This document shows, piece by piece, positions 38,146 through 52,500 of a stretch of 64,000 bases of DNA. The first letter of the stretch is position 1. Each line of letters begins with the position of its first letter. The notes below the pieces were generated by a model that saw nothing but the letters and a program-made list of their open reading frames with translations, ran no database searches and was not told where the DNA came from. The stretch lies in the NCBI RefSeq assembly GCF_000150275.1, contig NW_002060959.1, positions 1,105,902-1,169,901 on the forward strand, in the 5' to 3' direction. This stretch comes from Trichoplax adhaerens. Taxonomy: Eukaryota; Animalia; Placozoa. Made by a program: the position numbers and the translations under genes.

Positions 38146-41100
38146 TTGATCATTATTCGAGCTTATATCAACATTTTATTATACTGTATCCAAGATACTA
38201 ATGAATTATTTTTCAAAATCTCTATATAAGAAATAGCAATGGTAGTCTATACATTGTTCAATTCTGTGAAGTGATTATTCAAATAAATACTATGAAATTT
38301 TTTGTTTTTCCATCTCGGTGACGTTGCCAATTGCAAATAATTCATCTCCATATATATCATATTCCTATTCACAAATTATCTAGCATTGCACATTGATTCA
38401 TAAAAAAATTACTTTACCATAAACCATGCTAGTATGGCTGATATGTAAAATCTGAAACTTATAAAGTAGATGACACTGAGGTACAAAATTTATAGTGATG
38501 TCTTTTCGTACCGAACACGTGTAATACAATGTGGAACAAGTTTTATTCTATTACATTAATATCTTTATAGTAATAAATTGTGAATTTTAACTTTTGCTTA
38601 CATACTCGCATATATCAATTTAATTCAAACTTTTTTGGGGAATTAAATCACTGTATGATACTGTAGATAGAATAATGTTGTCATTGTATTTGTAATACAC
38701 TTGATTTGCTTCTCGGCAATAATTTGGCTTCATGGCAAACTTGAATAAAATAGTTTCTTCCTTCGTGGAATCGGTAATCGATATAAATATATATATATTC
38801 CTATACTTTGAATGCTTAAAAGTATTTAATAGCGTTATACAGTAAGTACAACAAGTGATAGACGCCATTTATGAATTTAATTAACAGGTATCGGTTATAA
38901 ATGAGTGAAAGGATTTGCAGTCCTAATTACTATCTGTTGCTGTATAGCAACCTTCATTCGATTTTACTTTACACTATGCAATTAATTCAGCTAATCATTT
39001 ATGCCTCAGCAAGCTCACGAGCCCATCTAGTACCAAATTTCGTTTTGATTTTAAGTCTAAGGTACTCCGATCTATTGCACGCCATATGATACAACAACTG
39101 ATTGAAGGTAAATTAAAGATTTTATATTTTTAAGTTGATAAGAACGTTCTCTTTTCACGAATAGAATAAAAATCCAAATGAGCCATGAAGCATTAGCTCT
39201 ATTTTCGTCGATATGTCATTCGCTAGAATGAGGTAGCTTACTAGGGGCTAGAGTCGCCAGCATAACTTCTTTGCAAGTGATCGTTAAATTTTATTATTTA
39301 TAATTAAAGGGTAAATACAAATAAAGCCTCATGTACACATTATACAGAACTATAACGTACATTGTCTAGACAAGAAACATTTATAGTAATAAGATATGCT
39401 TTCATTGGTGTCATATTACGATTAAGCTTACAACAAAAGAAGACCAAATCCACCTCGTAGTTTGTTATTAATTAGAATTACTCATCTAATATTGATTTCT
39501 GTACTTTTATGTATTATTGTACACTTTTCGTTTTGCTTTTGGACCAAGGTGTAAAACTTTGCCTGTTAGAGCTAGACTTCGGCTACTTTTTATTTCATAA
39601 GGGAAATCCTTAGACATGGTGATCTTCCTTGATTGGTTAATGATAAGTCGATTAGTTTTTTTCAGTAACATGATGGAATTTTTAGCGGTAAGGTACAGTA
39701 GTGAATGGAATATGTATAAAATGGATAGAGTAAGAAGAAATTGATGGTGTTCACCAATACTGGTATACTCGATACAGAGCATTTACAACGATTGGTTGAG
39801 AGACTCTATCACTAAAGTACTCCTTTGCTTGATGTATATCAGTAATGATGAAATATTGGATATCGGATGGATGGGTAACTTTAATCGTATCGACTCTACC
39901 TATTGATTTTAATTTTCAGTTAACTGAAAAAAAATTAATTTGTAAAGGAGAGTGTTATGGCAATATTGCGCTGTGGTGTAGATACTGTGTAATGCCATAC
40001 ACGCGTATACCAGCGTTTTTGGGTATTCTTATTATCAATAATAGCTAAAAGCGTATGGAAAATAATCAAGTCTTAATTTGATCACTGTGTGATGTGGTAA
40101 TAGATGGAAGTTATTCGATTATTTTAGCGTCAAGGTGGTAAACATCAACTAGGATCACTTTTGAATGTGTTTATTGAATTATATGTTGTGATAATAATGC
40201 AGTATAAATATTGCATCCATTTATCATAGTACGCCATGGTGGTACCATCGAATTTGAATAATCAGCATGAACCTCTGTTAAATGAGCACATTATCGTAAA
40301 CCGTCAGTAAAGCGACGGGAGTTTGCACTAGTAAATATTTAAGCACATCGATGATTCCTTTGCAAGAGCGCTATAAAAAGTTTTAGTTATCCTTAGAGAG
40401 GGCTGGGAAAAAGCTGCAATTTGCTTTAGTTCAATACGTGACACAGTCCTTTTTTTAGGCATCAACTGCTCACCTTGACATACGCGTATGCAGAAGTATT
40501 GCACGAATTGATATTTGGTCTTTAACAACAAGTAGAGTATAGTCAAATTCAGCTATTCGATGTTTGAACAGTAGTTTATGGCGATATCATCTGGTAGTGG
40601 CCTTAGCAGTATCATATTTTTTGAATATATTTCATCAAGTTGTACCTTGTAGTTATGTTCATTTTAAGATTTGCTCTATTTTTAATGAACTCCAATTTGG
40701 GATTTGTGGATTGAGAACCTTGGCAGTTCAGAAATTTCTTCATGACATTCGTGAATTCAATCAAATGAAAGAGAGGCAGTCACTGTAGCTCAATATTGAC
40801 ATAGTCAGGCTAGCGGATTGACTATTTGAAATCTTTCTCCGAGTATGTAAGTAAAATAAATAACGTTTGCATGGTATGCGAATTTCTACAATTATACCAG
40901 TGATGGATGATTTCGTTTCAACTGTGCAAACGTGTATTGAAAAATTGGTCAGTTACTACGATACATTGGTCGTGATGGTAGTAACATTTCCTTGAGCTTT
41001 TATTATGATAGTATTGCGCTTGTAGATAATAAATAAAACCTAGTGATCATCATTGTGATTTAGGCACATTGCTTTACCATGCATATTCATGGGCAAGTAA

Positions 41101-41964
41101 GTTATGGTATCAATACTGCATATATACTGTACAAATGAATATGTACTCGGATACCCTTATAAAGCAATAACAGGATAATAAAGTTTATGGCTTATTATAA
41201 ATTGAAATTGAAATGGTATAGTAACAACGATTGGGGTATGTTGATCATAGGGGATTACTATATTCAATTTTTGCTCTGGCACGCATTTTACTCTAGCGTG
41301 TGTGTTTGTGCTATTTACCTTGAAGTGATTTGAGCTTACAGATGCAATAAAAATGGATCACCTATCTCCATTTTTTTATAATAAAGTTCAAGGCCTATTC
41401 TAATTGCAAGTAGTACAGTAGCATCAACACGGTTAGGTTGGTGATTGCTGTATTTGATTTTTCTTCTGGCAACATTTGTCTGTAGTGTGTGTGTGTTTGT
41501 GCTGTTTCTCTTCAAGCAATGTAAGCCTGCAAAGCCGATGGATAGCGATTGCTTTCCTCCGTTATTTTATCTTTTGTTTATTTGCATCATCTGACAGTAT
41601 TCTATTCAGCAAGGCCATCATCTGATAGTACTGTCTTCTTGTCAGCAAGGTCATCATCATGACAGTACTAGTTGGATTTTAAATGGTGCAACTGTGTCTG
41701 CAAGAACTGTAAGATCTCATCGGCTCGATACAGTCTATGGATTAGCAAGTCGATAGTAACTCGCACACTCTACTGTGGCAAGAGAATTTCTGATACAAGG
41801 AGATGGATTAATACGCGTATCATTGATTGATTGATATTGTACAGTACTGAGAAGAGAGTTGTATCTTTCTTGACGTATATCATCAAGTCCAGTTGAAGAA
41901 GAAGCCAAAGTCTTGGCCTTGTTATTGTAAGATCGTTGATGACAACACTGCATATCGTCTAGTT

Positions 41965-42362
41965 GTTAACAAGGGATCCAATGTTGACATTGATTGAACA
42001 TTTCAAGCGGTGGTATACTCTACTGTACTGCACTATTTGTACTTTGGAATCTATGAATACCGTCCAAGTGGAAAATGTTGCTTTACAAATGGCAGTCAAA
42101 AGAGACAACTACAGCTGCATTATCCAATTTTTAGCATGTCATGACTGCCAACATGATGGCAAGAAGTCGTTAACAAGGGATCCAATGTTGACATTGATTG
42201 AACATTTCAAGCAGTGGCAAACTCTACTGTACTGCACTATTTGTACTTTGCAATCCATGAATACCGTCCAAGTGGAAAATGTTGCTTTACAAACGGCAGT
42301 CAAAAGAGAGACAACTACAGCAGCATTATCCAATTTTTAGCATGTCATGACTGCCAACATCA
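41965..42362. repeat. Near-perfect 204-bp tandem duplication (2 copies)
   Basis: GTTAACAAGGGATCCAATGTTGACATTGATTGAACATTTCAAGC begins at 41965 and again at 42169. Both copies run to CATGTCATGACTGCCAACAT. Confidence 0.92.
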
Positions 42363-43427
42363 ATGTCGGCAAGATGGAGATGGCCACCTCGCAAGTTGAA
42401 AAGGCTAACTGAACAAGATGGCCACTTGGTCACGCATGCAATTGAGCAAGTGGTTTTCCATCATAATATCGTGTCTCCCATGATCGCCTTACCAGACTGT
42501 CAATCAAAGGGCAGCACGCGCAAAGCACGAACGTACAACCGTGCAAGATTGAGTCGTTTTGCGTCGATCGTTCTCCGTGGAATAGACAGCAGCTGCAGCA
42601 CTGGAGGACTACGCATGGTCAATAAAAGTGGATGGTTTGGAAAGTCAAGCATGGATGGTTGTGTGTTGGAAAAGATGGCTGCTACCGATTGAAAGTCATG
42701 CCTGTGCCTTGCCTTCATGAACAACAATCCGAGTGATGGCGTATTGAGTAGTCCAAGCTTCCGCCTAGCGTTGAGGAGTTTCTTTTGGCTTACGTTATTG
42801 TTGTACCTACTGTATGTAGGTCAAGTTGGTGTATGCCAGTGAATTGTGGTAACAATCACTGCGTGGTGAATTTCTCCAAGCAGCACCCGTACACCAGTCT
42901 TGCTGATGTAAGAAACAAGGGCACCATTGCTGACTGAGTGTTGACAGTATGGCATGGAGATGACAACGCCAAGTGTACAGTCAATAACAAATGGCAAAAC
43001 TATTTTGGGCTTGCGGTACAACAATAAATAAACATCCACAGTCACGCAGTTTGCATGTCCACAAGAGTTAGCGTGGACTTTTGGAAATACCGTACTGTCG
43101 AGGACAGTATACTGTACTGGATTTCCACCAGTTAATGATACTGTAGACAGTGTTGTGTTGTATAGGACGATCTAGGGTTAGTGGAATACTAACAAGTTGT
43201 GTTGAAGGTGGGTACTAATGTCCTCTCAATCAGCATGGAAGACAAGAGATTGGACAGGTAGTTCAAGTTCTTGTAAAGTGAGCAACTAACTCTTCTTCTC
43301 TTTTTATTGCATTGAAAAGCGCCGGCTTGTATACGTACAGTACGTTGTTGACACTTGCAACGCATTCTAATTGCAAGTTTGTACAGTACAACCGTGAATT
43401 GGCTATCGAACAAGTACAGTACAGTAG

Positions 43428-44588
43428 AGCGTCCAGTCCAGTAGTGTCACTAGACTACAGTCCAGAAGACTACAGTGTACAGTACAACGAGCTGGATACT
43501 GTACAGTGTACAGTACTGTACTGGAAGGAAACGTCGGTGACAACGAGTGACGACCTTCCAGGTTCAGCCCATCGGCCAGCCGTGGGTGTCTCTGGTGTTG
43601 TCAAATACTCTACAGTATAGCGTCCAGTAGACTACAGTGTACAGTACAACGAACTGGATACAGTACTGTACAGTACTGGAACTGGAAAGAAACGTCGGTG
43701 ACGACGAGTGACCACCATCGAGGTTCAGCCCATCGCCAGCCGTGGGTATGGCGTCTCTGGTGTTGTCAAATACTCTACAGTATAGCGTCCAGTAGACTAC
43801 AGTGTACAGTACAACGAACTGGATACAGTACTGTACAGTACTGTCAAGAAACGTCAGTGACGACGAGTGACCACCATCGAGGTTCAGCCCATCGCCAGCC
43901 GTGGGTATGGCGTCTCTGGTGTTGTCAAATACTCTACAGTATAGCGTCCAGTAGACTACAGTGTACAGTACAACGAACTGGATACAGTACTGTACAGTAC
44001 TGTCAAGAAACGTCAGTGACGACGAGTGACCACCATCGAGGTTCAGCCCATCGCCAGCCGTGGGTATGGCGTCTCTGGTGTTGTCAAATACTCTACAGTA
44101 TAGCGTCCAGTAGACTACAGTGTACAGTACAACGAACTGGATACAGTACTGTACTGTCAAGAAACGTCAGTGACGATGAGTGACCACCATCGAGGTTCAA
44201 CCCATCGCCAGCCGTGGGTAGGGCCGTGGGTGTCTCTGGACTGTTATCAAATACTGTATAGCGTCCAGTAGACTACAGTACAGTGTACAGTGTACAGTAC
44301 AACGAAGTGGATACTGTACTGCACTGGAAAGAAACGTCAGTGACGACGAGTGACCACCATCGAGGTTCAACCCATCGCCAGCCGTGGGTAGGGCCGTGGG
44401 TGTCTCTGGACTGTTGTCAAATACTGTATAGCGTCCAGTAGACTACAGTACAGTGTACAGTGTACAGTACAACGAAGTGGATACTGTACTGCACTGGAAA
44501 GAAACGTCAGTGACGACGAGTGACCACCATCGAGGTTCAACCCATCGCCAGCCGTGGGTAGGGCCGTGGGTGTCTCTGGTGTTGTCCA
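43428..44588. repeat. Tandem array of ~7 units (154-170 bp) immediately upstream of the hexokinase gene
   Basis: AGGTTCA(G/A)CCCATCG anchor at 43560, 43721, 43880, 44039, 44193, 44363 and 44533 (spacings 161, 159, 159, 154, 170, 170). Confidence 0.95.
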
Positions 44589-44615
44589 AGTTTAAAAGCT
44601 TCAAACTCGCCCCCA

Positions 44616-44624
44616 GGCCAATCA
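44616..44624 (+). promoter_or_regulatory. CCAAT box (NF-Y-type) ~80 bp upstream of the hexokinase ATG
   Basis: GGCCAATCA lies between the end of the array and the ATG at 44705. Motif match plus position only. Confidence 0.4.
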
Positions 44625-44704
44625 CTCTCGCTCGCCCTCTTGCAGTACACTTGCAATATTGTCAGTGACTTTGGTGGAAAATTGCAACAAACTCCAAGAA
44701 AAAA

Positions 44705-47700
44705 ATGTCTGCCATCCAAACAGTAAGTCTTAGCGTGTAGATAGAATGCATTGAGGCATGTTTTGTTGTTCCTTTGGGTGTTTGTGCACTTATTTGAAGT
44801 GGACCAACCCCCTAAAACGCTGCAAGAAAACAGTTGAAAACAACCAATGGCGTCGTTGACGCGCATTGGACGCTTTCCACCTTCGATACAATCCATGCAA
44901 GCCTGTGGGCTGCAATGCCTACGATCAAGTAGATGGCAGCAGCCTTGGCTAAGCAATGACAGCTCGAAAGAGACTTGCTCCATCAGTTTCAATGCTTGGT
45001 TAGGTTTTACCAAGCAATTTTTTCCTTTTTTTTGGTTTTTTCCCTTTTTCAAGTCATCACTTTGTCTTGATGATAATGTTCGTTACAACCAGGGATGGTC
45101 ATGACAAGGATCGATATTGTTGATACTAGAATTAATAAGCTATACTTTTCAAATGATGCAGGTGTTGGACAAGTTTACCGTTTCCACGGAAACTTTACGT
45201 GCTATGATTGAACAATTCCATAGCGAAATGGCTGATGGATTATCCAAGGATAAAAAAAGCAGTTTAAAAATGTTGCCCAGTTTTGTTCGATCAACACCCA
45301 CTGGAAAAGAATCGGGCGACTATTTAGCACTGGATATTGGTGGAACCAATTTTCGCGTTTTGCGTTGCAGCTTAAATGATGGCCAAATTCAAACCAATGC
45401 CGAGGTTTATCCTATGAGCTCTGAAGTGATGACAGGGACAGGTCGTGACCTCTTTGCTTTTATTGCTGATTGTATCAAAAGCTTTTTGCAAAAATATGAT
45501 ATCAAAGGAAGCAACATACCACTAGGTAAGAATAGCTAGCGTCCAGTCAATACCACACGTTGATATTGCTATCCAAAGGGATGGCTAGGATAGGATAGGA
45601 TTTCCATGTTGTAAGTACAATAGTCCTGTGAAATGAGAGAATTTCATCAGCTCGTTATTACTACCCATGCTACTTTTGTTGATGATAGCAAATTCCTTCA
45701 ATGTGGTCAGACACAATCTCGACAATCAGTCACTTCATCGCCGTTTCCTTTTTTTACACATCTTAAGGGCCTAATGGCTCGTTCTACAATAAGCCAGTAG
45801 GATTAGTAATAATAATAGTCAGACAGCTGGTTAGCCATTGTTAGAGTTCAAACTATTTCTCATGCGGATATTGGCCTTAGAAACTCTTCCATGCTATTCC
45901 TTTTATTCCACATGCTAACATCAAATTGAGGAGAAAGAAGATCAATCAATTTAAATTACTTTGTTGCATGCTATTGAAACAGCATTGATTGTAATCGATT
46001 GATGCACTACAAGTATGCATCTACTGCACAATCGACAACGCCATCAAACGATATACTACTAGAAGAAAAATCTGTTGTTGAAGTTTGAGTACGGAAAATG
46101 GATTGCTTTCCTTTTATTTTTGCATCGAATGCAATTGTTTTGAGGTAAGCTAGCGTTGATCGAGTGAGCATGAACTGCACTCCTCCAAGGTACGAGTATT
46201 GTAATCATGTAGTACTGAAGAAGAAAAAATGGGCTGAATCATTTTCCTACTTTTGCCAAGACAGCCTATCCAAATTACAACTCTTAATGTCCATATTGAG
46301 TATAGAGAAGGACAGTTTATGCATTACTGTCTGGTAAATAATGAATTTTTCGACTTTCTTGCCAAGACAAACACGGCTGTCTCTATACAGAGTATGTGTA
46401 GTACTGTAAAAGAAGAGTTTATGCATTACTATCCGCTAGAAGAGATCGAAAGACTAGCTATACCCTATTCATATCAATACACATAAAAATAGAAACAGTT
46501 TTTCGGACTTCTATATCATGATTTACAAGCCAGAAAAACTGTTTGGTTTACATTATGATTTCGATAGAGAACGCGAAAACTTGTTTCACTCTCCGGCCTA
46601 CTCTACTCAGTGTATAGTGCATACTATACGATGTGATCCGATATTACAATTTTTGCACATCAGTTTGTGCAAAATGGATCGCTAATACACGGTATTAATA
46701 TGTCCAGATAGCTCTTGACTTGAAGATTCTATATCCGTAATTCAAGTTTACATTGAAGCAGTAAATTTAGCGCTACAACCCATGCAAAACCAATATTTTC
46801 TACCGAAGCCATTTCTAACTAAGCTAATTTTCATCGGGATAAAGATTCATCAATGAGTAATTAACTTTCTATGATAAGAGACCTATCTGTACATATACGA
46901 AAGTTGATAACGGTTGGTCTTTTTCAAGCGTTTTACCGATAGTTTTTACTATTCAAATATATCGGAGAAAAGGGATCACATTGTAACTACTATACTATAC
47001 CTGACAGTATCATATTGCACACTGTACTGTACACTAACAGTAATGAAGGGAAAATATTTTGCCAAATCTCATACAATACGCTCCAGGATATGAACCACTC
47101 TAACCCTAACTTTGTGGTCTTTCGTCTATCTTTGCAGTTTAGAATCATACTCTTGCTTCTGTATCCAAATTCGTCGACACCTTTACTATGAACGACCGTA
47201 CCAAGTTATTTGCCAGTATGGTGTCCCTAACAAATGATGATGACATCATATGCTTGAAATGTTGTTATTTTACCATCCGTATCTAACGATAGGACCACTT
47301 GTTTTTCCCTAACGGAGTTAATGAATGAATATTGCAATCTTATCTACAGTTTATCTAGCATTGAAACAATTGGCGATCAACACATACAGTACAGTACTGT
47401 ACAATACATCGCACACTCTACTGTACAGTATCAGACTTCTAAATTATAGTAAACATATTGCAATACCAAAAAAATGCGATAAAAGCTTATAGATAGACAT
47501 TGGCATATCAATGATGTAGGTCAAATCGACATCATCAAGTCATTGTGATAATACCTGTATGAATTAATTAAAATACTTTTGCAATCTTGCAGGCTTTACG
47601 TTTTCATTCCCATGCACCCAACATAGCTTGAACAGAGCTACCTTAATCACTTGGACTAAAGGCTTTACTGCAAGTGGCGTAGAGGGTGAAGAAGTTGTTC

Positions 47701-49007
47701 AACTCTTGCAAAATGCTTTAGCTGAGAGATGTCCGGTAAGACATTAGTCAATGATGGTCAACTACAGTGCTCATGTAGCAATTAATTGAACTCTAGGATA
47801 CTAATCAGTTATTGAAAGTGACAAAGTTACTATTGTACACTAGTGTGATTTCAGACCATCTTAGTAGGAAAGGAATAGTTTTTTTAGCAATGGTCATCAA
47901 CCTATTGCACACTAAAAATTCGTCAAAAATGTGACTCGTACTAACATCAATCTTAAAATATCTCTTCATGATACATTTCCAACATCAGGACTTTAAAGTC
48001 AACGTTGCCGCCATTGTCAACGATACTGTAGGCACATTAATGGCTAGCGCCTACGAAAATCCAAAGTCTGTCATTGGCTTAATCATCGGTACTGGCACTA
48101 ATGCGTGCTATATGGAGCAGTTAGATGCTGTAGAAAAATGGACTGGCGACCGTGATGACCCAAAACAGGTGATCATAAATATTGAATGGGGATCTTTCGG
48201 AGATCATGGACATTTGGATAATATCCGAACTGGCTTCGACAGAGAAATCGATGAACATTCTCTAAATCGTGGCAAAAATACGTAAGTTCTTCAGAAATTT
48301 TGAATTTCTCTCGTCTAGTCTCTTCTCGAATTGATTGGATACGCTCTCACTTACTGCAATTTTACGCTATCAAGTGACTTATAATGAGGCCTGATTCACC
48401 TTCTTCTCATAGCTTTGAAAAGATGATATCTGGTATGTACTTAGGTGAAGTTGTCCGCTTGGCTGCATTACTCCTTGTTAAAGATGGTGCCCTCTTTAAT
48501 GGCAATGCCGGTGATAAATTTAATATTCGTGAAAGCTTTGAAACTCGTTATGTATCCGAGATCGTAGGGTAAGTGATGCCTATTGAAATTGATCACCAAC
48601 TGATTGATTGACGTAGTTCAATTTATCGATGAATAATAACAGTTATTATACACTTTGTTAATAGGGAAAATGGTGCAGCTAATGCTCGCGAAATTTTAAA
48701 GGATAAATTTGGTATTGACGCTAGTGAAAGTGATGTCGATACAATAGTCAAATTATGTAACGCAGCATCGGTACGCGCTGGTCGTTTAGCAGCAACTGGA
48801 ATAGCCGCTATTTTGTTAAAGATCAATGAAACCAAGGATCGTATTGTGGCCGTTGATGGTTCTGTATACAAGAAACATCCAACTTTTGCCAAAATCATGT
48901 CTGATACTCTAAGCGAGCTCATTCCAGGTAACACAATATCATGGGTACTTGCAGACGATGGCTCTGGTGTTGGAGCAGCTATGGTTGCTGCTGTTACTAA
49001 AGTCTAA
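44705..49007 (+). CDS. HK: Single-domain (~50 kDa) hexokinase, 6 exons
   Basis: Proposed 18-nt first coding exon 44705-44722 (MSAIQT|GTAAGT) joins CAG|VLDKF at ~45162. Motifs: [23 protein letters not shown]|[72 protein letters not shown]. Stop at 49007. Confidence 0.93.
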
Positions 49008-49555
49008 TGCCATAAATTGCCCAATTCAATTTGTCTATCTCATTCACTTACGAGTATAATAGTTCATAAGCTACTACCGTAATTAAACATTTTTAATTCG
49101 TTATGTTATTGTAGGCTGACGCCGCTATGGTGTATGCAATAAAAATGTAATCTTAAGTGGCTCGATTTTTCCAGTTTCATGCTATTCGATATTTTAAAAT
49201 TTTGTACACCTTTAGTGGGTAACTTTAAAATTGATCTTTATTAGCAAGCAATTGGCACCAAAAATTGTATTGTCGTTAATATTGATGAAAAACCTTATCA
49301 AAAATAATAAAAAAATTTACAGTACTTTTACAGGCTTATACGTATGTGAATGTATGTATCTACGAGTATATATACAATACTGGTCACAAGAATAAGATTA
49401 GTTCATTAGCGGTTGCTATTTTAAAATTCAAGATTTAGCATGACCTATGCGTACCACTGAATAACATTCTTAACTTGAATTCCTGCTAAACAAGTATAAT
49501 ACTATAAAATGAGATTACACCATCAGATAGAAATGAAACATAGCATCATTTGTCG

Positions 49556-52500
49556 CTAGTTTATAATCAAGTTGGGTAAGCCATAAATAACAGTATTATA
49601 CCAGTCATATGATAGCTGCACTGAATTTGTGTTCTCTTCTTCTTCACGGCGACGAGCCTCAACAGCAGCAGCTATATCAAGACTACCTTTATGACTTGAT
49701 GCAAGATCTTGTTCCAATAGTTTTTGTTCCTTGACAGGATCTAGCAAAGCGTATACCATTTGACCAACAGTTTTATTTCCCCGTTTGGTTACCTAAAACA
49801 ACAGCGGTTATGAATTAATATATAATTGTAGAATGCAATTTTCTAAGGAGATACTGTGCCCTACAAATATACAGCATTTTGGATAGTAAGTGAAATATGA
49901 TTGCCGACACATTTGTACAAGCATCAATCTAATGCTTAATTGGTAAATTTACCTCCAATAAATTGGCGTATTCTTTCCTTATTCTGTTGTAATTTCGTTC
50001 CCCATTGGTTAATTACGACTGAACCCACTCCGGACAAAGTAAAGAGTGCAGCTGTTTCTAATGGTTCTTCTAGTTGTAATTCTTCCACACTATGCGATAA
50101 AATTTTAAGAATATTAAATTTCGATTTTAAGCAATTACAAAATCTGTTTGCAAGAACTGAGTATCTCATTCTCTTCCTCTTCGACACAACAGGTATCCGT
50201 GCGATGTAGTATGACACGAATACTTATGTCAGAGTATTAACCTTTTCTGAGCGTCAATTTTGGCTTGATTATGAAAGCTTTGATACGAATGGGCTTGATC
50301 TAGTATGACAACTAATCGGCAATCTGGAATATATTACAACGGCAGAAGGTTCAGAATTGAATCAAAATATTTTTTCGCAATTGTATCAACATATAAAATT
50401 TTGTCCATCTTTCACCAATGAATCTAAATTTTATAAATATAGAATTATACCTGGCAAATTTAAAGGCGCTAAATATTTAGGTGAAAAATCAGCTAAACAG
50501 CGCTCATAGGCGTAGTATATAAAAGCAGAACTTTGCAACAGGATTCGTTGCCATTCACCCAAGCTAGGAGCATGGTCATTGCCCATTAAACCATACCATC
50601 GATTTGTCACTGCTGGTCTACTTTTCAAGATTGAGGTCATAACTTGGGATGGAGAAAACTCGCCTAATATATTAATAGTAAAATATGAGTAACACAGTAA
50701 TTTAAAGATGGATACTCAATTACATGATCATCTTGGGTTTAGATAAAATAACTGATCATAGTTGTATTTTGACTCTTACCCATATCAGATCCAAAGTTTT
50801 TAGTATCGACAACATCTTCAACTTGCGTTAAGGGCAAATATATTTATATATTTCACAGAACAATTTCAAAGGGTAAATATAGTTTTAACGTATACTTCAT
50901 TTTAACTAGTTATCGCTCTAACTAAGCTATTAGCTATCGCTATCAAAAAATTGGATGTTTTTGGATACATCGAACGTAAGATGAGTTGATATTAAGCCCA
51001 TTAGCGGGAGGAGCTCTTTCTGTTAAATTCTATAACAAAACCATAGGTACAAGTTACGACCAATGGTATAGATTATCTAGTTACGTTGAAATGTATAAGC
51101 AATTATTACCTGCTGCTTTCCTTTTTTGTCACTTCTTTTGCTCGTGGTTGTCGGTTTTATTTGATCACTTACTTTCGGTTTTCGCTTTTCTCGTTTTTCC
51201 CTCCCTTCATCTAAATAAGAAGAAATGATTAATGTTAAGATCAATATACTGTATATGAGCACAAGTAGTTTACCTTCATTAAAGATTACGTCACTTGCTG
51301 ATAAAGTAAACTAAATAATTCTATAGCAATCTATTTCTACAGTTAGTTAACCAACTATTATGAACCTACCGTCAATCAAGCGATGACGAAGTATCTGTAA
51401 GGAGAAATCTCGAGAAATAGACGAGACACTAGCCGAGCGAAAGAAGGAAGTCGCTTCCAAAGGTAACCGAAGTAGCTCTTTATCAGCTAATATAACAAGA
51501 AAATCACCCGTTGTGTGGCTTGAGCCAGGTGGACCACTCATATTTGAAGTACCAGTGCGGCCAGTGCCAGGTCTATGAATGGAGTAAAAAAATTTAAGGC
51601 CTGAAATTTAATTTGATAAAAAAAAAATACGAAATGCATAGAAAGGTATCTGTATCTAGGCTAAAATGATTTATTACGATTTCTAACCTTCCAATAAAGT
51701 CAAATTTGTCCAAAATAGGGCTTAAATATTCATCAAGATCAGTAATTAAATCATTAAAATTTGCCTGAAATCATAGAAGATGCTACTTTTAAATTAAAAT
51801 GGTTTAACCAAGTTACGTTTAAGAATATCAGTACTAACTACCGAAAGTACATAGGTCATTCCGCTATTTATTTGCATTTAATACGATCCAAAAGATGAGT
51901 GGGTAATACCTGCAATGATTCTTCTTCCGCTGTAAATTTTTGTTGCTCTTTAGCTTCCTGTGTATAGATAAATTAACAATTTAGCAACGATGTTCATGCA
52001 GTAAGACAACTAGTAATTACGCTATATATACTGTAATCAATTATAAAGTTAAGAAATTTATTATCCTACTTTAATGTCACTTTCCCCATCAAATGAAGAT
52101 ATTAATTTCTCTTGTTGTTGTTGTATATGTTCTAAACGATTCCACCTAACCAAGGCCGCTGAAAGATCTTTTTTATATTGATCGAATTTTTCCAATAAGT
52201 TATCTAATTGTATTGGAGAAACATCAGCTCTGGCTACTGACGCATTAATAGGTAGGTCTATAAAGAAAATAAGTCAATAATTTAGCGCAGGAAAGAATTT
52301 TTAACTACCAATAACCTCGCCTTTGATTGATTACAAACAATATTTTAACAACTGCTAAATTTTGATCTTTGCAGTTAATTGTATATTTAAATGGATGTAG
52401 AGTTACTTTGGCTGGATAATTTGGTTGCTTTAATAGTTGCAGTCTTTGATTTTTCCAGCATAGCTCCATATAAAACCGATCTATTAAATCCAAAAGAAAA

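Noticed and set aside
41963-42727. Overlapping ORFs of 60-125 aa
   Set aside because: Largely produced by the 204-bp duplication; no domain motifs and no supporting splice chain.
43564-44183. 198-aa (-) and 161-aa (+) ORFs with 53-aa repeats
   Set aside because: They result from a 159-bp unit being divisible by 3. No recognisable protein features, and the frames break at the 154/170-bp units.
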